NCBI GenBank assembly: GCA_963761805.1
Contig: CAVXIV010000017.1
Coordinates: forward strand, 8,667 to 72,666
Direction: 5' to 3'
DNA from: an uncultured Acidobacteriota bacterium
Lineage (GTDB): Bacteria > Acidobacteriota > Thermoanaerobaculia > Multivoradales > UBA5704
Length of the DNA: 64,000 nt
Below the pieces are notes generated by a model, which had not been told where the DNA came from, did not search any database, and worked only from the letters and a program-made list of their open reading frames with translations. A program made the position numbers and the translations under genes. Positions 29,017 to 36,572 of this stretch are shown one piece after another (positions within the stretch are counted from its first letter, which is position 1; each line of letters opens with the position of its first letter).

Positions 29017-30734
29017 GTTCCTGTCCAGAAATGGTCTTTTTCCGCGCGGCCTCCTGCGGCATTGAAGCTCATGCTGGATGATTCTGGGAGCTTCGTGGGG
29101 ACTGGGGGGCGGATGTAAAGCGGCCCACGGGATCTTGGGCTCTCTACGAACAGGCGAAGCTCATTCCGCTGCTGTCAGCGGCCCAAAGGCAATGGAAGGG
29201 GCTGCGAGCTCAGCTCAGCAGGTGACGGGCAAAGACCAAGAGGTTGAAGCTGAGGATCGAGCCCCAGACATAGCTCTGGAACGACGACCATGATTTCCAG
29301 GTGCAGCGATCCAGCCCGAAGATCCGTTTCAGAAAAGAGATGTTGCCTTCGATCCCGGCACGAAAGTCCCGCAGCCGCTTGAACACCCAACTGCTTTTGA
29401 CCATGTCGCTGATCTCCAATCCCCGCCCCTTGGAGAACGCGACATCTTGGACCCCGGCGGCTTTGAGGTCGCTCAAGTTCATCTTGGAGGCAAAGCCACC
29501 ATCGAAAACGATCTGCCGGGGAGGGCGAGAGAAAATCTCGACTTGCCGATCTACCATCGTCTTGGCCAAGGTAGAGTCCGCAGGATTCCCTTCCAGCACC
29601 TTGCAATCGAGGATCATGGAGGACGCTCCGCCGGTCAGGCAGATCTTGTGGCCGTACAGGGTTTCACGATTGTCTTTGCGAATAATGTCGGTATGCTCCT
29701 CAAAGATCGAAACGATCTTCTCGCCCGCCGGAACGCTCTGGCCTTCCAACACGCGACGTTGGGTCTGATCCATGACCCGCAGCGTCAAAGGAAGGAAGCG
29801 GTCCAGGTCGGCTGCAACTCCCGCCGTCGCGAGGGCTTCCCGCAAACCCAGGGTGTTGAGAACCTCCGCATTGCCCAAGAGCTCGCGAGTGGCCAGCCCG
29901 CACCGGTAGACTTCACCAGTGACCCCGAGCAGATCTCGGTAAGCCCGTTGCCGATCCGCCGCTTTCTTGGCATTGAAAATTTCCTTACGCCGCCGCTTTG
30001 CCCGCCGCGTTCGATTCCCGAAAACCACTTGGGTGGGACCGAGTAAATCGCGGGCTCGACCCAGAAGCCGGGTCAGGACTCGCACGCAGTCCCACAGCAG
30101 CTCGGAGTCCATCGGCTCATGGATATTGGATTCCACCACGGTGCAATCGGTGCGCACGGTCCGTCCGGTCTCCACCTTCGCCGCCTGCGCGGCACCGACG
30201 AACACGCGATTGATCGCCTCCAGGGTGGCCGGCTGGAGGGACTTGAGATTCGCGTTGAGCGATGATTTCGTCGGCACCTTGTCCGTGATACCCAAGCGGC
30301 AGAAGGTCCGATAGCTGCGCGAGTCCGCGAGATGGAAAGCCAACTCCCGGTAGCTGAAGCCATTCATCTGCTTGACCACCAGAATCCGCAGAACTTGATC
30401 GGCGCTCAGCCCTCCAGCACCGTGGACCGCCGTCGCCGAATGGGTGACGCCTCGCAGATCTTGCAAGACCAACTCTGCGACCATAGGATTGTCGTCGAGC
30501 ACGCGAGACATGGCCTCCAGCTCTTGGGCATGGTCAAGATCGAGCCAGGTCTCCCGCAGGCTGTACTGGGGTTTGCGAGCTTCGCGCATTCGGACTGGCC
30601 TCTCTTTCTGGCTAAGTTTTCTCGAATCAAAGGTTTGGCGACCCCGATTCTAGAGACTCAGTTCAGAAAAAGCCAGCCCGAATGCGTGTTTAAACCCTTC
30701 TTCTACAGACACTTACAGCCCCTAGGACAGGAAC
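29017..30734 (-). mobile_element. Complete IS (ISNCY/IS5-like) with 10-bp IRs and 6-bp TSD
   Basis: IR GTTCCTGTCC/GGACAGGAAC; TAACTG duplicated at 29011-29016 and 30735-30740. Confidence 0.92.
29210..30589 (-). CDS. DDE transposase (ISNCY/IS5-like)
   Basis: RTDCTVVESNIHEP, KIVSIFEEHTDII, DGGFAS, FRAGIEGNISFLKR. Confidence 0.92.
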   Translation of the reverse strand: MREARKPQYSLRETWLDLDHAQELEAMSRVLDDNPMVAELVLQDLRGVTHSATAVHGAGGLSADQVLRILVVKQMNGFSYRELAFHLADSRSYRTFCRLGITDKVPTKSSLNANLKSLQPATLEAINRVFVGAAQAAKVETGRTVRTDCTVVESNIHEPMDSELLWDCVRVLTRLLGRARDLLGPTQVVFGNRTRRAKRRRKEIFNAKKAADRQRAYRDLLGVTGEVYRCGLATRELLGNAEVLNTLGLREALATAGVAADLDRFLPLTLRVMDQTQRRVLEGQSVPAGEKIVSIFEEHTDIIRKDNRETLYGHKICLTGGASSMILDCKVLEGNPADSTLAKTMVDRQVEIFSRPPRQIVFDGGFASKMNLSDLKAAGVQDVAFSKGRGLEISDMVKSSWVFKRLRDFRAGIEGNISFLKRIFGLDRCTWKSWSSFQSYVWGSILSFNLLVFARHLLS

Positions 30735-30871
30735 TAACTGGGGGGAGCTCGATGCCAGCCACGAGAACGCCTATACGGTGGCGCGAGGGGGCCAGCACAA
30801 GTACCGCGACACGGTGCTGCTGCTGTGCAACGAGGTCTGCGGCGCCTATTACCGCTACTGCTTCCTCAAGC

Positions 30872-30919
30872 GGCTCTTTCAAGGCAGCAACGCGGGTTCG
30901 AATCCCGCTGGGGATACCA
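30872..30919 (+). other. att site: tRNA-Glu(TTC) 3' half with CCA, no 5' half
   Basis: GGCTCTTTCAAGGCAGCAACGCGGGTTCGAATCCCGCTGGGGATACCA. Confidence 0.85.
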
Positions 30920-31184
30920 TTTAGAATCAGTAACTTACGCTGATTCCCCTCTCCCTCGGAACCCGCCGCACACAATAGGCGCACAATACGGCTCTCACGG
31001 GATCGCTCCCGCTGAGGCTCTCCGGACTTTCCGCGTTCCCTTCGGTTTCCCTGGAAAAGACGACCGGCGCCGCGTGGCGCCGGGTTCAACCTCCGTTTCC
31101 CGTGAGGGAGCGGACCAACAGACGGCCCGGCGGGGTGCTTGCCACACGTCCGCCGGACCTGACCCGGACAGGAGGACACACCCC

Positions 31185-31685
31185 ATGCCCGAGCTAACCC
31201 CGCAGTCTACAACGCCCGCCGAAGCGCTCTCGCCCACCCCGCCGCCCACGGAGCCCCCCGCCGACGATCCGCCGGAGGCACCGCCCGCCATCCCGCCGAT
31301 CATCGATCCCGCCCACTTCGAGGACTATCCCGCCTTCCGGGAGACGTTTCTGCTGTACTTCTCCGATCCGGAGGCCAGCGCCACCCTCCGGTCCCTGGGA
31401 AGCCTGCTGTACGCCCTGGTGCTGGAGTACTGGCAGCACTGGCCCGACCAGCCCGAAGGACTCCTCCGGGCATCTCTGCGCGCCGCCGTGGCCGATCTGC
31501 GGCACGTCCAGGGATTCCTCACGGAATGGGCCGGTCCGACCACAGACCACGGGACGCCTCACGGCGAGCACCTTGCCAAGGTCGGGGGCGGCGTGGCCCG
31601 GGACCTGGAAGTCTTGGCGGATCGCCTGGAGTCGGAGCTGGGGCCGTGGCGGGGGGAGATCGAACCTCCCACGGAGAGGGGATGA
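31185..31685 (+). CDS. Hypothetical protein with Pro-rich N-terminus
   Basis: GGAGG RBS before ATG at 31185; 166 aa. Confidence 0.7.
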   Translation: MPELTPQSTTPAEALSPTPPPTEPPADDPPEAPPAIPPIIDPAHFEDYPAFRETFLLYFSDPEASATLRSLGSLLYALVLEYWQHWPDQPEGLLRASLRAAVADLRHVQGFLTEWAGPTTDHGTPHGEHLAKVGGGVARDLEVLADRLESELGPWRGEIEPPTERG

Positions 31686-31689
31686 AGCC

Positions 31690-32235
31690 ATGGCTTGGCC
31701 GAAGATGGAAAGCAGGTACGCCCCCACCCTGAGCTACACCGTCCCTGCCTCCCGCGATCAGGCGGAGCGCTGGGGAGCCGCCGCGTCGGCCCTGGGAGGG
31801 CGGTCTATCGGGACGTGGTTGGCCGAGACGGCGGACGCATCGCTCCGGAATCTGACGACGGCCGGCCGGACTCCGCCCCTCCCGTGGTTCTGGGATCGCG
31901 TCCGGGTGCTCGTGACGGACACCAGCACCCGGCCCGAGACCACGCGGGAAATGGAGCTGCACGGCGAGAAGTCAGGGCCGTTCGGCATCTTCAGGGGGGA
32001 TAGCAGCGGGCCGGGTTCCCCCGGCTGTGGCCTGCATTCCCTGGTCCATCTCCCCACCCGGCGCATCCTGGCAACGCTCCCCGTCCGGAAGTCCTGCAAG
32101 GCGCTGGCGTCGGAGCTGGCGGTGCTGCGCGTCGATTGGCAGGAGACGGACCCGGAAAAGGTTCTGGGGAGCGCTCCGGATCGGGAGGCGGTGCAGGAAG
32201 TCATCCGGCTGTTCAAGACGCTCACGCGCACGTAG
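31690..32235 (+). CDS. Hypothetical protein, possible RHH-like N-terminus
   Basis: Starts 4 nt after the upstream stop; AAASALGGRSIGTWLAE; GC hairpin at 32245-32274 follows. Confidence 0.65.
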   Translation: MAWPKMESRYAPTLSYTVPASRDQAERWGAAASALGGRSIGTWLAETADASLRNLTTAGRTPPLPWFWDRVRVLVTDTSTRPETTREMELHGEKSGPFGIFRGDSSGPGSPGCGLHSLVHLPTRRILATLPVRKSCKALASELAVLRVDWQETDPEKVLGSAPDREAVQEVIRLFKTLTRT

Positions 32236-32477
32236 TTTAGGGAAGGGGCGGCCGGCCTCGACGGGGGCCGCCCCATCCTCCCCGGCGCGCGGGTTCCGAG
32301 TTGCGACCGCCAGCACCGCGCATAAGGAGCAACCCCCTACCAGGTGAAAGGAAGTTGAGCGCCTCCAGAGGGACGGATGGACGGCCCGCAACGCCAGGTG
32401 GGGAAACGGCCGAGAGCGGGCGGTATAAGCGATGGCGGGAGTCGCTTTGCTTCTGGAGGGCACGGGGTACGCGTCCA

Positions 32478-32749
32478 GACGCCCGCTGAAAGCCTATCGG
32501 GCCTCCCCGTTCCCTTCCCCCTTGCTTCAACTGCCAGGGCGCAGAATGGCGCTGAGCGCCTCGATGTAGGGGGGGGCTATGCCGGTGATGGCGCCGGGGG
32601 GCGAGGAGTAGATGACGCCCGCTGAAAGCCTATCGGGCCTCCCCGTTCCCTTCCCCCTTGCTTCAACTGCCAGGGCGCAGAATGGCGCTGAGCGCCTCGA
32701 TGTAGGGGGGGGCTATGCCGGTGATGGCGCCGGGGGGCGAGGAGTAGAT
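32478..32749. repeat. Tandem duplication, 2 x 136 bp
   Basis: GACGCCCGCTGAAAGCC...GGAGTAGAT at 32478-32613 and 32614-32749. Confidence 0.95.
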
Positions 32750-32803
32750 AGCGCCTCTCTGTACCGGCCCCCACGGAAACAACCGTCCTCCGGAGAGGGC
32801 ATC

Positions 32804-33322
32804 TCATCCTTCTCCCCTGGTAGGGCGGAAGCCACGGTAAACCCATCGGAGAGCCGCGCCGAGCAGGTAGACGGCCGTGACTGGGACGGCCCACAGGAGG
32901 ACAGCTTTGAGTACAAACCACCGTTGCTCACTCGCGTGGTGCTCCCGCAGCTTCGCTTCGAAGATCTCCTTGGGCAACGCCTTTGTACCAGGAGGTTGTA
33001 GCGTATCTAAAACAGCTTGGAAGTGCGAATCCCCGGTTGGGTTCGTCGGGTACAGGTTCCAGGCAAACCCAATGACGACCGGCAGATAAATGAGGCTGAG
33101 CACGATCCAGAGTCGCTTCCATCCGCTGGGAGCGAGGGAGAGTTTCGGTAGCCCCCGCAACGCCAGCACAAAGCCGACCGTCGCCAGCGCCACCGCCGCG
33201 AGCTCGGCGGGCCTCCCGCTCCTGATGCCTTCCGGGGAGAATGGCGGGTAGAACGCCACCACCAGAACAGCGACCGCGGCGGCGGCGAGAACGATGCGTT
33301 GAGGAGTGTTCGGAGTGCTCAT
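32804..33322 (-). CDS. Hypothetical membrane protein (about 4 TM)
   Basis: Hydrophobic segments; GAGG RBS. Confidence 0.7.
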   Translation of the reverse strand: MSTPNTPQRIVLAAAAVAVLVVAFYPPFSPEGIRSGRPAELAAVALATVGFVLALRGLPKLSLAPSGWKRLWIVLSLIYLPVVIGFAWNLYPTNPTGDSHFQAVLDTLQPPGTKALPKEIFEAKLREHHASEQRWFVLKAVLLWAVPVTAVYLLGAALRWVYRGFRPTRGEG

Positions 33323-33457
33323 TTCCTCCCTCTAAAGAGTTTGTCTCCCATGGTAACCCCCGGTGGGGTGGCCGTCCATGGCACCCGCGCGAGCGAAGAT
33401 CTCCGTCACTTCTCAGAGTGAGACGCGATGAGGCGTGCCAAGGCGTAGAATGGCGGC

Positions 33458-33760
33458 ATGAATTACGCCCAAATGCATCTGCGGAGCGCCGTTGCCGCTC
33501 TTGTCACAGAGGAAGGACGAATCAAGGAGCGGCTGTGCTCCGCAGCCCGGAGCCTCCTCGACGGCGAGATGAATAATTTCGACCAGATTCCCCCGGGACT
33601 TCAGGCGGACTACAAGACGCTGTGCCAGGAGCTTACCGCTGTGCAACATCCGAAGCTGGGATCCATTGAGGCAACCGTCAATGGTTTGTCGGATTGGGAG
33701 GCGAGCAACCTCGCGGGGCGAATTCTGGCTCTCTTTGAGAAGTGGCTGGAGTCTCCCTAA
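33458..33760 (+). CDS. Hypothetical protein, 100 aa
   Basis: ATG ORF with globular-like composition. Confidence 0.6.
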   Translation: MNYAQMHLRSAVAALVTEEGRIKERLCSAARSLLDGEMNNFDQIPPGLQADYKTLCQELTAVQHPKLGSIEATVNGLSDWEASNLAGRILALFEKWLESP

Positions 33761-34318
33761 CGCACCCCCCGACTGTCCAGGAAGGGGGGCCGCAGGACAG
33801 CACATCCCTCGCGCAGGTCCACAACGTCGTCCCCTATCGAGATCGCCCCTCCTGGCGCGTCTGGACGCGTAATTCAGGGATATAAGAGGCGGGGTGACGG
33901 GGACACAGAATCCGAGCGTGGAGACAATTGCTCCGTACCATGCGAGGAAGGGGATAGGTGGATTCACGCTCCTATTCTATCCCCCCTTGAGGCCCTTGAC
34001 AGACTCCGGTGGACGTATAGATACTCAAAGCACGGCTTCCCAGCCGATGCCTGGGCCTAGGGGCTCGCGGTTCGATATACCTAGGCAGCCCCACCGGAGG
34101 CTCAATCTCCGGATGCCTCCTCTTCAGGGGCTCGTTTCACGCTGAAGAGCGACCCCGGACACCGAAACCGGAGGGCCAACCGGCAGGCCTCAAAATGACC
34201 GGTGGTCTGTGGGACGCCAAAGACTCCCAAAGAAGTAGTAAGCGGGCCGTGAATCGGCCCTAACTCTGAGACCTCCTCCCGCTTGCGGGTGGGCTCATGG
34301 CATCCAATGGGAGTTGTT

Positions 34319-34522
34319 ATGTATCAGCATAACGTCTTCGATATAAAGAATTTCTGCCTAACCCATAAGATCTCTCGCTCATTTCTCTACAAGCTGATCG
34401 GAGAGGGAAACGGCCCCCGGCTGATGAAGCTCGGCCGGCGCACCCTCATCAGTGCTGAATCGGCGGCCGAGTGGCGGGCTCGAATGGAGGAGAGGACGTT
34501 CAGCGCCGGAGAGGGCGCATGA
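34319..34522 (+). CDS. AlpA/MerR-like excisionase
   Basis: FCLTHKISRSFLYKLIGEGNGPRLMKLGRRTLIS..AEWR. Confidence 0.85.
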   Translation: MYQHNVFDIKNFCLTHKISRSFLYKLIGEGNGPRLMKLGRRTLISAESAAEWRARMEERTFSAGEGA

Positions 34523-34967
34523 GGACTCTCCGAGCACGAGAGGCACAAAGGACCCCGGGTCAAGCACAGCTCTCGCCCGCTGCCGTGAGGCACCAAAAGA
34601 GCGACGTAGAGGCCGGCTGAAAGAGCGCCTCAAGACTCTGCGAAGAAGGTGACGCCCCGGGCGCCTACGGCAGCGAAAAAAATCCTGGCAACGGGCCGGT
34701 AGTTGATCCGGTACAGGAATACGTCCAGGTCCAGACGGCGGAGGGAGCAATCCCACCAGACGCAGGGAGCTGCCAAGAAACGAACAGGTCGAGGGCCTCT
34801 CTTCCGGGAGGGGAGAGGTAAAGCGGTCTGGGAGGGCAAAGGCCGTACCTGTTCGCCGGGGAGACGGGGCTCCATGTCCCGGCCCAGGCCCGCCGCCGAG
34901 GGAATCCTCCCCCTATGGAAGCTTGCCCGTCCAGACGACCGAGGAGAGGAGATTTTGAGAGGGGCCG

Positions 34968-36296
34968 TCAGGGTACAGCCGCCGGAATCGGCGAGCCTCC
35001 TGCCCGGAAAGCGAGCACATGTCCCGACTCGGCCACTTGGCCGAAGCGAGGTCCGTATTGGCGGGCCTCTTCCGCCCGCCAAGAGTCCGCGAGGTGGCTA
35101 TAGTGCCGGACGGTCATCCGGGTGTCCGCGTGCCCGAGCTGCGCAGCCAGAGCCGGGAGGGAGCCTCCCCCCATGAGGTAGTGGCTCGCGTAGGTGTGCC
35201 TCAAGATGTGGAAGGAAACGCCGGGCTCGATCCTGGCAACCTCGCATGCCGTCTGCATCCGCCTGTCTTGGTGGCCCGCTCCCCACGGAAGGCCGTCCGC
35301 TCGGAGGAACATGCTCCCGGAGTCCGGCCGGCCCGTTGTGAGGCTGTCAAGGAACGAAGCGGCCTCTTCGGTCAGGTAGACGTGCCGGGCCTTGCCGCCC
35401 TTGCTCTCGCGGACGTGAACGGCCCGAGAGTCGGGGAGATAGTCTCCCGTCCGGAGGGAGAGCAACTCGCCGTAGCGGCAACCGGTCAGAAGGGCGGCCC
35501 TCACGAGGCGCCGGAAATCGGGTTCGCAGGCGTTTAGGAGCCGCGTTGCTTGGTCTTGGTCCAGGTAGGAGATCTTCGCCGCGTCCGCCCCTTTGAACGG
35601 CTTCACCCGGCGCCACGCTTCATCGGAGGGCACCCGACCCTCGGAGTAGGCGAAATTCAGCGCTGCCTTGAGGATGGTGAGATCCCGGTTGGCCGTGGCC
35701 TTTCGCTTCCGCTCCCCCTCCGGGCCGTCGATCTCTCGCCATTGTTGGGAAGCGCCGGGAGCCGAGCGGAGCCGCGCCGGGGTTTTCGCGATCCCCTGGT
35801 GCCATTCGCGAATCTGCCGGGCCGTGAGGGAGGCGACCTGCCATTTCCCTAGGGCGGGGAGGATGTGGGCCTCGACTACATACCGCGTCGTGCTGAGGGC
35901 CTTCCGGTGCGCCGCGTACCAGTTCATGTAATCGGCCATGCAATCCGTGACGGTGTAGGAATCGGGCTCCTTCGGCGCGATCCCCTTCGCCTTGCGCTCC
36001 TGGGAGTCGCACCACGCCTGCGCCTTCTCCAGGGCTTGCCGGTAGCTGAAGACCGCCTCTCCGTCCGCAGGGACGCGGTCATCCGCGGTTCCGAGAGTCG
36101 AGATCTGATAGCTCTCGCCCCCCACGTAGAGCCGGACGACCCAAGTCCCGAAGTTCTGGGCTCCGACGTGTGGCCGATAGCCGATGTACCGGCCGGCCGC
36201 GATGAACCGCCAGTAGGGGACGGAGTTGCGCTTTGGCTTCAGGCGACGGCGGGCGGTGGGGGTGGAGAGGTCAAACTCGCGGCGTGAGTGCGGCAT
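34968..36296 (-). CDS. Tyrosine recombinase/integrase
   Basis: TGCRYGEL, SKGGK, FHILRHTYASH, LGHAD, HYSH. Confidence 0.95.
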   Translation of the reverse strand: MPHSRREFDLSTPTARRRLKPKRNSVPYWRFIAAGRYIGYRPHVGAQNFGTWVVRLYVGGESYQISTLGTADDRVPADGEAVFSYRQALEKAQAWCDSQERKAKGIAPKEPDSYTVTDCMADYMNWYAAHRKALSTTRYVVEAHILPALGKWQVASLTARQIREWHQGIAKTPARLRSAPGASQQWREIDGPEGERKRKATANRDLTILKAALNFAYSEGRVPSDEAWRRVKPFKGADAAKISYLDQDQATRLLNACEPDFRRLVRAALLTGCRYGELLSLRTGDYLPDSRAVHVRESKGGKARHVYLTEEAASFLDSLTTGRPDSGSMFLRADGLPWGAGHQDRRMQTACEVARIEPGVSFHILRHTYASHYLMGGGSLPALAAQLGHADTRMTVRHYSHLADSWRAEEARQYGPRFGQVAESGHVLAFRAGGSPIPAAVP

Positions 36297-36445
36297 GGGG
36301 CGGCTCCCTTAGTCTCACTTGACACACAATACACACACAACATACAGTGCCGGACAGAGGGAGTCAACCCCGGACACACCGAGACAAACTTCTAGAAGAC
36401 AAAGAGTTACGGTGGACGCGTGAGGACATCGATGAACACTGTAGG

Positions 36446-36491
36446 GGCTCTTTCAAGGCAGCAACGCGGGTTCGAATCCCGCTGGGGATAC
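36446..36491 (+). other. att site: second tRNA-Glu 3'-half copy, no CCA
   Basis: Identical to 30872-30917. Confidence 0.85.
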
Positions 36492-36572
36492 TCGCCGCTA
36501 CCTACACTCGCCCGCTTCCTCTTGGCCTGTTATGCTTCGCCTCCTTTTGCCAGCACTTTTTCGAGGACTTGA

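Larger units (their letters stand above)
28770..30879 (+). pseudogene. KamA-family radical SAM (lysine 2,3-aminomutase-like), IS-interrupted and truncated
   Basis: FRANDYYLRLIDWSDPHDPI..EEL|NWGELDAS..QHKYRDTVLLLCNEVCGAYYRYCFLKRLF across the IS. Confidence 0.8.
30872..36491. mobile_element. About 5.6-kb integrative element targeting tRNA-Glu
   Basis: Identical 46-bp direct repeats at 30872-30917 and 36446-36491; tyrosine integrase; AlpA-like excisionase. Confidence 0.9.

Noticed and set aside
30872-30919. Functional tRNA-Glu gene
   Set aside because: Only the anticodon loop to CCA is present; upstream is kamA sequence with no D arm or 5' acceptor strand
32478-32749. CRISPR array
   Set aside because: Two adjacent 136-bp copies, no spacers, no cas genes
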